DNA of 64,000 bases from Lepidodermella squamata (taxonomy: Eukaryota; Animalia; Gastrotricha). Position numbers and translations under genes: made by a program. The stretch spans positions 1,054,001 through 1,118,000 of the forward strand of contig JBLDXI010000003.1 in the NCBI GenBank assembly GCA_047495785.1, written 5' to 3'. This document shows positions 13,132-25,684 of this stretch, piece by piece (the stretch's first letter is position 1; the number at the start of each line of letters is the position of its first letter). The notes under the pieces are model-generated. The model ran no database searches. It saw nothing but the letters and a program-made list of their open reading frames with translations, and had not been told where the DNA came from.

Positions 13132-14504
13132 CTAATTGCCGCCCAGGGCCTTGTTGATGGCTTCGAAGGCCTCGACGGCGATCTGCGCCTCGGCCTTGGC
13201 CTTTTCACTGCTCGCCGAGGCGAGTTCACGCTGCGCCTTCGCGAGACCGTCCTTCGCCGCGCTCGCATCCAACTGCTCCAGGGTGAACGCCTCCTCGGCC
13301 AACATCTGGACGGAAGAGTCGGGATTGACAGCTACAGTGCCGCTGCTCACTGCAAAAAAAAACAATTTTTTTTATAAATTACCAAAAATAAAGTTCATTT
13401 TTAAATTTCTAAAAAGTTTCCAAAAATTTCTAAAAATTCGAAACAAATTAAGATCTTCGGATCAACCTGAAAGATTTTTCAGAGGCGGGCTTTCAACACT
13501 TCAAGGTGGGTAGAAGCCTCATTTACGAGTAAAGCCTGAAATTGCGAATTATACAAGAAAAAATTGGCTGATGGCATAGTGAAGCTATAAATCGCTCGTT
13601 TCACTTTCAACTTTATTAAACTAAAATAGAAGCCGATTTCCTAAATTGGAGCAGATTTTCTCATGCCCGGAAATATTATGAAAGTATAATAGCAAAATTA
13701 TATAAATGTGGGTTGAGTAAAAATATTTAGCCTATCAATGATTGCCTTTGCATTTGGGCGTAATTTTAAAAGAATGGTCCAAAACAGTGGATGTGTAATT
13801 AATGATGACTTACCGAAATATTTCTTGCTGGAGCCTTCATTTTCGTGAATGGTAACAACGCCTGGGCGGAGCGCGGCAATGGTGGGCACATGCTCGGGCA
13901 GAATGCCAAAATCACCGCCGAGCGTGGGCACGTCGACTTGGCGCACTTTCGACTTGTTGTAGAACACCTTGCGCAAACAAACACAGCAATTAATATATCA
14001 CAGGTGCATACAAGGTATATGATATCAGTATAATACTTATTATGATCCATCCACCTAACCGTCATTACTTGGCATAGCTTACGCATTAGTAAGTAATTCA
14101 GTAGCAATGACGGGCCGTGTTGCAAACACGACGGCAAGGTAAACAAAATGAAAAAATGACACGTGACAGTTGCAAAAAATTATCAATTTTTTCATTTCAA
14201 AATGTCAAAACGTTGAAAATTCATGAATTAGACTGATCTAGCCGCCAATTGAAACTCAAAATTGCAATAGAATTAAAACAGTTTATGAGCTTTCTAGCTA
14301 ATTAATCCGAATTATATTTGTTTTAATAAATATGATAGTGATAATTATTTATCAATGGAAAATATCTACCTGTTGAGGAGAAGCGAAGGTGAACGCCAAT
14401 TCGGCCATGTTGCGTTTCTGGCTGGCGTTGTTTGCGCTGCCGGCGAGGAACGGCGACGAGCGGCTGGCGATACGGCGGCACGAAACAGCGAGCAGGCGGT
14501 TCAT
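13132..14504 (-). CDS. ATP5F1D: Mitochondrial ATP synthase F1 subunit delta (exons 14504-14370, 13967-13814, 13349-13132)
   Basis: Arg/Ser-rich transit peptide, FTFASPQQ|VFY, QVDVPTLGGDFGILPEHVPTIAALRPGVV, YFVSSGTVAVNPDSSVQMLAEEA. Confidence 0.95.
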
Positions 14505-15489
14505 TATTATAATACTATTACAATTATTATTAATCAGCAATTATATGCCGGCCTTTCTAAACCACAAAAAATATATACAATTTATATTCAGATATTACGA
14601 ACATATAAGGTATAGGAAAAATCATGAGATCTTGATATTTCGAGTTGAAAAAAATCAACAAGGTAAACAAATTGTATCGAAAATAAGAAAATATTAGAAC
14701 TCTTCAATTATTAGAGGTGGGAAATTCAAGTCAAGTATAAAAATGGAAATGAGAATATCAAACTTTTTGGTTGATTCTTACAATTTCCTGATAGTTTTCG
14801 ATAATTATTACCACCACGGTTATAATAAAATCAAAGAAAGACTTGTAAAATCGGCCAATCGGAGCTGTCAATGCAATATTAAAATGCTTATTAATGACGG
14901 CTCTTGGTCGCAATAAATTCGTGTATTCGTTTTGCTGAATTACGATTACTATAAATAAAGGTATAAGGAAACGACGGGCAAGAGTTGTAAACAATAATGG
15001 GGCGAGAGAGAAAATCTATAAAACTCATGCTCAAATAGCAGTTGCTGTGGCTGCTAAACGCCGGCAAACAACGCCGCATAAGCAAGCATTAACGACAGGG
15101 CAAGGTGTGCTCAGCGCCTCTCGCCAGGAAATAAATATAAAATCTATCTATACACAACTGCTATCAAACAGCGGTCAAATGTATATCTATCGTTTCAATA
15201 ATTCTAATAAAACTAATTTTGCAACCAATAAATATCGCCCCATATTTAATCTGAATAATTGCAAAAATGACATTTTACAATAAATTTAAGAAAAATCTAA
15301 AGCATTTATTTAAAATATCAAGTGAAAAATTATCCAAAAAATTGCCAATTTCAAAAATATTATAAAAAAAATATCGCAAGCGGGAAATCACAAATCGAGA
15401 TAATTTTTGGCAAAATCACAATTTTTCGCCTCAATTCATCGCAAGCAATTTTCAACTGCAAATTTCTCCGAATAATTTTGGGCCATAGT

Positions 15490-16534
15490 TTAATAATTAA
15501 GTTTGACGTGATTAGGCGCGAAACCTTTCGCCTGCAGGCCATCGACGCGATACAAATTTCCGCCATCCGCATAGCCGTGGATGGCCCCAATTGTTGTCAC
15601 ATACAACTGATTCAAATGCGGCCCGCCGAAACAGCAAGAAGTCGTAGGCTTGCATGGAATTTCAACACGATCGATCAAATCACCAGTTTCAGAATCGAAA
15701 CTAACAACGTGACCGGCCCCGTAACACGCAACCCACAGCTTACCACTCTGATCAATGGTCATACCATCGGGAACACCCATGAAATAATCAGTTTTCAATT
15801 TCTGAAAATCAACCGCAACTCTACGATTGCCTAGAATAAAATTATTATTCTGAAATTATTTCTAGGATTTTTCATCAAACTCAAGTCTCCAGTCTTTTCA
15901 TCGTAGTTGTAAGCGTAGATAACTCTAGGACCAGTATCGGCAAAATACATGGTGCGATTATCTGGGGACCAATCGATTCCGTTCGCTAAATCAATATTTC
16001 CATCCATTTTTCGAACTTTCGCTGGATTCGCGCCTTGAAATTCGGCGCTATACAACGACCCCGCGCCCAACGGGTCGGGGCATAACTTTTCGGCATTCCA
16101 ACCTAGTGGCATAGTTCCAAACCAGAGCCGGCCTGATCTATCAGCCTTAGCATCGTTCGACCTGGTTTGGACGGGATGGTCTGTCTCATACGTGCCTAGA
16201 ACAGCCTCCTCTTTAAACGTTTCGCCATCCCAGAAAATCTTATTCAAAGTACGGCCGCATGTTAGGATGAACACATCATTTTCATCCGTAGGAATAGCTG
16301 CGGTACAAAACTCTCGATCTTCATGTAAAAATGAAGTTAAAAATTTATGTATTTCAAGATAAAAATACCAGTGAAAGTATGGCTCTTCAACGTGTTGGTT
16401 TTTTCGTCGTATTGATGCAGACCAGCTGGCCCAGCGATGTCAACAAATGTCAATTTGCCTGATTCTGGGTGATAAATAGGCCCTTCGCCTATGTTTGTCA
16501 GGCGACTAAATAATTTCTCAACCTTAACTTCCAT
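15490..16534 (-). CDS. Regucalcin/SMP-30/gluconolactonase family protein, copy 1 (3 exons)
   Basis: GEGP, RSNDAKADRSGRLWFGTM, ANGIDWSPD, PDGMTIDQSGKLWVA, TSCCFGGP. Canonical introns. Confidence 0.92.
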
Positions 16535-16878
16535 GAAAGATATATTTCTAAGAGATGCTAAGAATGCATTTTAAATGAAATTTGTATAAGCCTGCAAGCT
16601 CTACTAAATTTTACCATATAATATCACCTAAAATTCATCTGAAAATTTGAAAAATTCGAAATTTTAGAAATTTCTTAGGATGACCATAATTTTGAAATAA
16701 ACATTACTTTGAAAATTTCGATTAAATATCTCTGGTTCCAACAATATCGAAAATTCAACAATAAATCAACTATGAAAAAAGGATTAATATAGATTAATTA
16801 TTTTTAAAAGCAATAGGAATAAATTGATTTGGCTGCAAGCTTATAATTTAAAATAAAGTTGTCCGATTGGGATTGTCT

Positions 16879-17916
16879 TTAAATATCTAGTTTCACGTGG
16901 TTAGGCGCAAAACCTTTAGCCTGAAGGCCATCAACTCGGTACAACTGCCCACCATCAGGATTTCCGACAGCAGGCCCGATAGTTGTAACATACAACTGAT
17001 TCATATTCGGCCCACCGAATACTAAAGATGTCGTAGTATGGCACGGGATTTCAATTCGATCCAGCAAATCCCCAGTTTCTGGGTCGAAACACGCCACCAA
17101 ACCGGCACCGAGACATGCCACCCACAATTTGCCAGTGGTATCAACCGCCATACCGTCCGGCTTTCCCATATTGATACGAATTTTGACGTCATCAAAATTA
17201 ACGGCAATTCTGCGATTTTCTAAATATTTCGCAAGAATATAGGGAAAATAAATTAAGATAGAAATTACTAATATCCCCAGTCCTTTCGTCGTAATCATAA
17301 GCATAGACCACCCTGGGTACCGAGTCTACGAAATACATGGTCCTGTTGTCTGGGGACCAGTCTAGGCCATTCGAACATTCAAAATTTCGATCCATTTCTC
17401 GAACTACGGCCTGATTTTTGGCGTGAAACTCGGCGCAAAACAACGATCCAGCGCCTTTAGGTTCAGGGCGTGATTCTTCGTCATTCCAAAGCGCCCCAAT
17501 CGTGCCAATCCACAACCGGCCATTTCTATCGGCCTTTGTATCGTTAGTTTTGGCTGGCGACTTCGGATCCAAAGACCATAAAATACCCTCGTCTCTAGCC
17601 TCGGAGCCGTCCCAGTAGAATCGATGCAAATTTTGGCCACAAGTTATGACATAGGTATCCTTAACATCAGTAGGAATAGCCGAGGAACATGCATCGCGAT
17701 CTAGAATTATTGATATTCAAATATACCGAATTTTTTAATGAAATTCTAACCGGTAAATTTGTGACTCTTCAATTCGTTTGTTTTCGCGTCCAATTGGTGT
17801 AAATAGGGCGGACCTCTTATGTCGACGAAAGTCAATTTTCCAGTCTCAGGGTGGTAAATCGGACCTTCTCCCAGATTCGTCAAGCCAGTGAATAAAGTCT
17901 CAACTTTGCAACTCAT
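16879..17916 (-). CDS. Regucalcin/SMP-30 family protein, copy 2 (3 exons)
   Basis: MSCKVETLFTGLTNLGEGP, NDTKADRNGRLW, SNGLDWSPD, PDGMAVD. Same intron positions as copy 1. Confidence 0.9.
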
Positions 17917-18086
17917 TTCTTCTAATAAAAACTATAAATTTTCGAAGTCGAAAAATTCAGATCTTAATACGAATTTCAACTTCATACGAATCCGGCGCTG
18001 CAGTATTCTCGGTAGGATTCAAAAACTTAGGTGGAATTCATCGAAACATATTGAGCAACAAATTGATAGCTTTTGCATACGTTCGA

Positions 18087-18221
18087 TTATTCGTTGAATT
18101 GGTGAAAACAAGGCGGCCCAGTGCAGTCCACGAAAGTCAGTTTCCCCAATTCAGGGTGGTAAATAAGACCCTCCCCAGCATTTGTCAAGAGAGAAAATAA
18201 ATTCTCAACTTTATAATACAT
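18087..18221 (-). pseudogene. Orphan regucalcin exon-1 fragment with premature stop
   Basis: MYYKVENLFSLLTNAGEGLIYHPELGKLTFVDCTGPPCFHQFNE* parallels exon 1 of copies 1 and 2. No downstream exons of its own. Confidence 0.8.
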
Positions 18222-18329
18222 CTGTTTTCCAAGAAAGTGAGTAATTTTTTTAAATAAATTTCAATACTTTTTCAAAATAAATTAAACCAAAATAATTAAA
18301 AAAAAATACGAAAAAGAGATTCGCGTTAA

Positions 18330-19622
18330 TTAAAACTTGAATCGATTTGTGAGTAGGCCATGAACATTCAAACCATCAACCCGGTAGATTGATCCGCCAT
18401 TTACATAACCCTTATTCATTGTGGTCACGAACAGCTGATTGAGATGAGGCCCACCGAAAATGCACGAAGTTATGCCGGTCGTAGGGAAGGTGATTCGGTG
18501 GAGGAGCTGGCCGGTTTCGACATCGAAGCGGCAAATGCTCGACGCAAAATGATAAGCGACCCATAGTTTGTTGTCTGCATCCATCGTGCAACCGTCTGGT
18601 AACCCAAAAGCTACTTGAGAGTCCAATGTCCCGAAATCAATCGCAACTTTTTGATTTTCTGTAAAAAATTGAGGCAATTTTAGAGGGTGTTATTCAAAAA
18701 TTACAAAAATATTCGATTAATTCAAAACAGAGCTTTTCTAGATCAATTATAGCAGCAATTTCCAAGCCAAACAAAAGCTGATGAGACGGTAAATTGTATT
18801 TCTTTTTCTTTCAAGCTGAATCCCAAGACATGAGTGTCCAAAATTACCTCATCTAAAAACTTTGTTTGGAAGTAAAAAATGTTCATAATTTTTTTTAAAT
18901 TTTCGATAATCATTTTTTATCCTGGCTTTTTCCAACTAGCCTAAAACTACTGCAAAATGAGATGGAAATCGCAGAAAAGAATTTTACCAATATTTCCACT
19001 AGATTCGTCATAATTAGCCGTATAAACAACTCGTTTCAACGAATCGACATAAAAAATCGTGCGATTATCGACCGAAAAGTCGATACCATTCGCCATTTCC
19101 AACGGGCCACTAGCCGCGATCTCGGCTAACAAACTGGTCGAATTCATCGAGTAAAGCTTGCCAAAGACTGCGACAGGAGCATTCGGCATAGTCATATCGC
19201 CAACTGAGCCGGCCCACAAGCGGCCCGATCGGTCAGCAGTTCCGTCGTTGAATCTCGAGCCGAGATTTGGATCCAACGAAACTAGGACTTGGAAATTCGA
19301 CGGATTCGAAAAATTAAAGTCAATCACGTCTTTCCCAGCCAAAACAATGAAACGGTTCTTCTCTGAGGCAGGGTGCGCCAAAGAAATTAGAGATCGCCCT
19401 AAAAAAAAATCAGTACAAAAATTTCGAAAAAATACAGTAGTATTTCAACTCACCAGGAACAATAGCTGAGCATGATTCGCCAGTAATAACGTTGAATTTA
19501 CAGATTCGAGACTCGAGACAGTCTACAAATGCGAGTTCGTTCGAGTCTTCAAGCCAAACCGGACCTTCCCCCATCGAATTAACGGCGTCTTTAATCAGAA
19601 CCGAAACTTTAGCTGCAGTCAT
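18330..19622 (-). CDS. Regucalcin/SMP-30 family protein, copy 3 (3 exons)
   Basis: GEGPVW, RFNDGTADRSGRLWAG, ANGIDFS, PDGCTMD, TSCIFGGP. Confidence 0.9.
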
Positions 19623-19847
19623 TTTTAATTAATAAAATCAACTATATTACAAATGATCAAAATTATAGAAATAAATTATTGGCACATCGTGATTGAGAGA
19701 AATTGAAGTAGATACGCTAACTGCTCAAAGCTCAGTTTTAGCAAGCACCAATTGTTGAAAAATCGCTGATTAAAATCGCGTTGAAAAGCTGGAAGCCAAT
19801 TTTCGAAATATCAGCTGAGTCATAATTGTTAGAAATATCCATTTCGT

Positions 19848-21130
19848 TTAGATTTTAGGGGCTTTCGCGCGATTCGTCAACAGGCCTTTAGTGTTAAGGC
19901 CATCAACACGGTAAATCGAGCCGCCATTTTCGTAGCCACGATTAGCGGCCGTGACAAACAGCTGATTTAGATGTGGCCCACCGAAAACGCAAGAAGTAGT
20001 ACCCTGCGAGTCGAAAGTGATGCGCTCAATGATTTGGCCAGTTTCAACGTCGAAACTGCACACGCAAGAGCCGAAATAGCACGCGACCCATAGCTTATTG
20101 TTAGCATCCATCGTGCAACCATCTGGGATGCCAATGTCGACCTTAGCGCCACATTTCGTAAAATCAACTGCCACTCTTTGCTTACCTAGTGAGATTTTTC
20201 AAATTAGCCGAGGCATCAAAAGACGATTGAAAGTTTGAAAAAAATACGACCAAAAATAGTAAAATTAATGAAAATCAGTAAAAACTAAAATTCAAGGTAG
20301 CTTTGGCATGAGAAGCCGATGCGTTTCGAAAAATGTTTAAAAATGTCTCAAATCTCAAATTCTAAGCAAAGGAATTCCTTAGCGAAAAATTAAAGTTTTC
20401 AGAAAATTTCAAAAATCAATTTAGAAAAAATTGATTTGATAATCCATTTTCGCGTAGAAATTTGTAAGCTAAAATTACTGATATCTCCAGTTGCCTCGTC
20501 GTAATTAAAGGCAAAGACCGATTTCTTGACCGAATCAATGAAAAACATGGTGCGATTATCGACCGACCAATCGATGCCATTGCCCAAATCAACCGGGGCC
20601 GAATTAGCCTTACGATTCGAAATAACCTCGCCATCGCTGCCGATATCCATTGTGTAGATAGCAGCAAGCCCAGATGGGACGACACCCGGCGACGATTCTT
20701 CACCCATCGAGTCGGACCAAATACGACCAGATCGGTCGGCGGTGCCGTCGTTCAGCCGCGTATCAACGCCAGCTTCAACCGAAGCTAGCACTTTGAACCC
20801 GGATGGGTTGTCCCAATCGAATGCGATAATATCCTTGCTACACAGACCGATAAATCGCTCCTTTTTCGTAGTAGGGTGGCCCAAACTCAAACATTTCACA
20901 CCTTATTGAGGGGAAAACCACATTTTTCTCAAATTTTAGGAATTTTTTTAAATTGAACCTGGAATGACGATTTCGCGCCATTCGTTGGTTTCATGGTGGA
21001 CACGGACGAATTTCGACTCGGAAATGTCGATAAAGCCCCACTCGTTGGTGTCATCTAACCAAACTGGACCCTCGCCGACCGATTTTACGCGACCCTTGTG
21101 CAAAATGTGAACATTGATCCCACTCGACAT
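19848..21130 (-). CDS. Regucalcin/SMP-30 family protein, copy 4 (3 exons)
   Basis: GEGPVW, RLNDGTADRSGRIW, GNGIDWS, PDGCTMD, TSCVFGGP. Confidence 0.9.
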
Positions 21131-21248
21131 CTTTATATAATTTTCTATACAATAAAATCAATCAATTTTAAGATGCTGAAATCATATGTAATATCTCAAT
21201 TAATTCGAAAATCAAAAATAATTTACTCAATCACGATGAAAAAATTAT

Positions 21249-22240
21249 TCAAAATAAAGCTTTGTAGCTGGGAAAACCATTAACTTGCAAGCCCTGGACG
21301 CGAAACAAACTTCCGCCGAGTTCATTACCCGAAATTCCGTTTTCACAAGCACTTGTGACGTACAACTCATTCAAGTCCGGGCCGCCAAAGCAGCAAGACG
21401 TGACGCAAGCGGTCGGCAGAGGGATTCTTTCAATCAACCGCCCAGTTTCAATGTCAAAACACGCAACGCATGAGCCGTAGTAGCAAGTCGACCACAAATG
21501 GCCTCGATTGTCAATGCAACACCCATCTGGCACCGAATTATCTCGAAAAACTGACTCGCAATCACGCGGTAACTTGTTAAAATCGATACAAACGCGTTGG
21601 TTTTCAATAGTTCCAGTCGAATTATCGAAATCAAATGCGTAAATGACTCGTTTAATACTGTCGGTGAAAAACATGGTTCGATCATCCCGGGTCCATTCGA
21701 GACCATTCGACAAATCAACAGGTATAGTTGGCATTTTGTCCAATTTTTCGCCGTCTAATCGGAATAAAGAACCCATTCCAGGTGTAACTTGGCCCTCGGA
21801 GTTGACTTCACCCCGAGATCCGAACCAAAAACGACCCTTGCTATCGGCTTTCGCGTCATTTGCCCTCGATCCTGTGTCTAAATCGAATTCGGCCACAATT
21901 TTGTAATTTTCAGTCGACCAATTGTAACGCAAAATTTGCTGGCCGCTAGGTATTAAGAATTCATCCGGGTTGCTCGTAGGAAACGTGACAGTTATACCAG
22001 GTCGGTCTATTCAATATAAATTGAGTTATTTTTTTCAGCGCAAAACCGCAAAAATTAACCAGCGACGACTTTCTTCTTCAGAATACCAGTATCGCGTTGA
22101 AAACGGTAGAAAGATGAAGTCAAGAAGTCGATGAAGGCCAACTCGCTGCATTCAGGCAACCAAACTGGGCCTTCGCCGCAAGTTGTCGTAAGGCATGAGA
22201 ATAAGATTTCACTTTTTACCCCAGGGATATCGTAAGGCAT
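21249..22240 (-). CDS. Regucalcin/SMP-30 family protein, copy 5 (2 exons, lacks intron 2)
   Basis: CGEGPVW, RANDAKADSKGRFWFG, SNGLEWT, PDGCCID, TSCCFGGPDLNELYVTSA. Confidence 0.92.
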
Positions 22241-25082
22241 TATATGGCTAAATTAATTAATATTCAAAATTAAGCAGTTGTAAACAAATTCTTTAAGTCT
22301 TCTTCGACTTTTTGGTGTGGTACTTGATAATAAAGCGGCGCGGTTTTCGCGCATTATCTAATCAGTAACACAAGCAAATGATATAAAAGCGTCACGCAGT
22401 CTCTCGCTGTCTTCTCTCAACAACTGAGCGCGCTTACACTGAATAGCAATTTATAACTGGGACAATGTGATGATGGAAACATGTGGCGTGTTGTCGGGTC
22501 TGAAGAGTAAAAGAAACTTCACCGACATATAAACAAGCGTGCGCTTGCTTTCCTAGTGAGAGGTTAACTTGAGCGGCTTTGTTAGCCAGACTCTACGAGT
22601 GTGTTTACCGTAAAATTTGAGGGTTAACCCGGCCAAATTGACGTCATACTTGTACAACAATGTACATGAGGATATAATTACAGTTAGAAGCAATAAATAC
22701 TTTTTGGGTAATATAAAAGTTACTAAGGCGTGATGATTGCTCTAACTATAATTTTCGAATTACATTTGAGCATAATTTTCAGAGCGGACCTAGATAGCTG
22801 GATGCCAATCTCGCAGCAACCGATGTTAACCTAACAACATGAATATTACCCAAAAGTCGCAAGGTAAACGCTAGACACGTCTCCTCAAAGATTTAACAAG
22901 AAATTGACTATAATGTATCCGTAATCGGCAGTCGGTAATGACTAATTCGTTTCATCTAGTGAAATAATTGCCAAGTGGTAGAACTATTTTCTCTCTCAAC
23001 AAGATGCAATCAACTGATTCAACTAGAAAATATCGTTTCAGCTATCACGTAACAGACTCAGAGGCGAAGAGTGAAGATAACTGTGACAATTAGATCATCA
23101 AAGCAAAGAATGATTTGTTATTTGTTGATTTACCACATTTAACATCAAACAGAGATAGCCATTGAAGCAGCTATGACAGTCGACACCCATTACTATCATT
23201 TTTTAAATAGGAATGGTGAGTATCAATGCAGAGGGGAGTTCTCTGCCACAAAAAACAGGATCAATGAAATTCATTCGTGGCGAATGGGCCCTCTAATATT
23301 GAAAGGCGGTTGATTACTATCAATTGCTAGCTTACAAGAGGCTTCATGAACTAAATCACGACCAGCATAGGTTGTTCATGATTTACAAACCCTAGCAGAG
23401 AACACCGATATGGATTATCACGGATTATGGGATGACGATTATCATCAAAGACGAAGAACAACTAAGACAAATAAATAAATGGAGAATTTCCAAAATTAAT
23501 TACATTTCGGTTACTTTCAAGAGGCATCGCGTCAAGAGAAAACACGGAAGGGCGGAAACAGAATAGTCGAAAAGCAATCGACATTGGAGTTAGGTTACTG
23601 TGAATATCAGAATGCAAATTGCCATCCAAAATGATCATAACTACATTAAAAGACAGCCATGGGTCCTGGGTCCCAAGCCTGAAAGGCCAAAAAGATCAGC
23701 CCTTCTGAGAAATTAGGCCAGCAACAGAACTTGGTGGCGTGATATTGTTTGTGCTTCTTGCATCTTTTGTGGAAGCGATGAAACCCTGTAAGTATTCGGT
23801 GGAAATATGTTATTATCAGCATCATCATCATCATGTGAAAATACAACCAATGACGTATGTAGGAAAAGCATTGCAGGCAGTCTTTCACTCGGCGCGTGAT
23901 AAAGCCAAGAATACGCCTAGATAATCGTAAAGTTTAACCTAAACTTCAGGCTTTATCCGAAGTTTCTCAAATTGGGTCATAGGTCTTATTGCGAGTTAAC
24001 TGCGAGTCGAAAATTACTTAGGGAGTTTTAAGCGTGCTATTCTTGGTTTTGGAAGGCATGCAAACAACAAGTATGAGCCACCAGCGTCAATAACCAATAA
24101 CCGCGCACAGCCAAGATTTAAAACGTTTTAAATGCACAAAAAAGTGAGACGTTACGCTATCAGTCAGCAGCCCCACCGACAGCGAAAGACGACCAACTTC
24201 CTACTCCGGAAGCTGACCAACATCATCTTCATGTGATTTCTTAGATTGTGGCGTGGGTTCAATCGAATTTTAGCAGCAGGCCATTCAATCTCTCGCGTAA
24301 AAATGTCGGCGACCGACTTGATAGTAAGCTGCCAGATGAGGGGTCGCGAGTTGCGATCACATCCACCCAGGTTTCACGAGACGCCGCCGAACATCACAAG
24401 ATTTGCGCGCACAATCTGTAATTGTTTGTTTTTCAACTTTGTAAAATTTTAAAATTACATTAATCTTTATTTTGTAATAAAATAATAACGCACAATAATA
24501 ACAATTTAAATTTGAATTTAAAAAATGCCCGCGAAGTCTTTCATTTGCAGAAGCGAACGATGCCGCTGGTTTCGTCACCTGAACCTTTGATGCTTAGGTT
24601 GGTTTGCTGGAAGATGATAGAATTCTAGATTCTAGGTACATTGCCGATTGCTCGCCATTACATTGCTGATGATGTCTTGTTTTCCTCGGCCATTGCTTCA
24701 AGAAATTTTCGACGTACTTATTTATATTCTGTAGCGATTTCAATGATATTGATTTCATATCTTTTGATACAGGTAACATCCTCTTAGTCATCAGCAACAA
24801 TTCTATTGGTGCTACAGGAACTTGGATTTTACTCGAGTGTCACCTGCATTTGAATAGCTGTTAGGAATTAGTATTAGCATCAATTCGTCTCTTGCAGTGA
24901 AATAATCTGTGCTATTCTGTGCATTGTTTAACCAATCCCAGTCATTAGTTGCATTCAAATCTGTGCAACTTATATACAGCTTTGACATTTAATTTTTCAG
25001 AGGTTTATTTTTGTTATTACTATAAACCTAATCAAGACTGCAACCTTCACGTTTCGTCATCACCCCGCGGTCGCTCAAGCCT

Positions 25083-25460
25083 ATGCCTAATTCGTCGGTC
25101 GAGACTCAAACCGAAGACTTGAAGGCATTTGAGCGACGTTTAATCGACATTCAGTCGCATTTCAATCGAGTTGCAGGTTATTGGCGCCTCATTTTCACGT
25201 TGGTGTGCTGTCTAACTGCGTTTGCCGCCTACTTTTTCGTCACCGACACTTCGATCACGGAATATGGGTTCTTTGCTACCCTCTTCTCTCATAAGGTTTT
25301 CCTCCTCCTGGTAACGTCGTTCATCGTTCTTCTGTCTAGCGGAGCGCATAAGAAAATGTTCGCCCCGCAAATAGTAGCGGCCAGATCACGCCAGGCTCTT
25401 ATTGACTTCAGCATGTCATGTGATGACGAGGGCCGACTGTTACTTCACCCTAGGATGTAG
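25083..25460 (+). CDS. CNEP1R1: CTD nuclear envelope phosphatase 1 regulatory subunit 1 (TMEM188), intronless CDS
   Basis: EDLKAFERRL, two TM segments, HKKMFAPQIVAARSR, MSCDDEGRL. 125 aa. Confidence 0.9.
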   Translation: MPNSSVETQTEDLKAFERRLIDIQSHFNRVAGYWRLIFTLVCCLTAFAAYFFVTDTSITEYGFFATLFSHKVFLLLVTSFIVLLSSGAHKKMFAPQIVAARSRQALIDFSMSCDDEGRLLLHPRM

Positions 25461-25684
25461 TGGGAACCGTTGTTAGTTGTTCCACCGTTTTAATCCCGGT
25501 TTAATCACTGTAATATCATTGCGTCTCAGCTGTTTTTCAAATTGAATGGATGAATAAAGCAAAACTTTTGTACAAATGCTAGTCAGTTGCTCGTCTTATT
25601 ATGACTAGAATTTCTTTCATGTGAAATGGCTGTTTTCAATAAGTAATTGACTGACAATGTTAATCTTTTTCTCGATTTTAGATT

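Noticed and set aside
22466-22503. GTGATGA...CTGA resembling C/D snoRNA boxes
   Set aside because: Only about 37 nt apart, too short, and no terminal stem.
22700-24850. Gene-free stretch with faint resemblance to a decayed LTR-retrotransposon (BEL/Pao-like) integrase region
   Set aside because: No intact diagnostic motif, LTR pair or TSD could be verified by eye.
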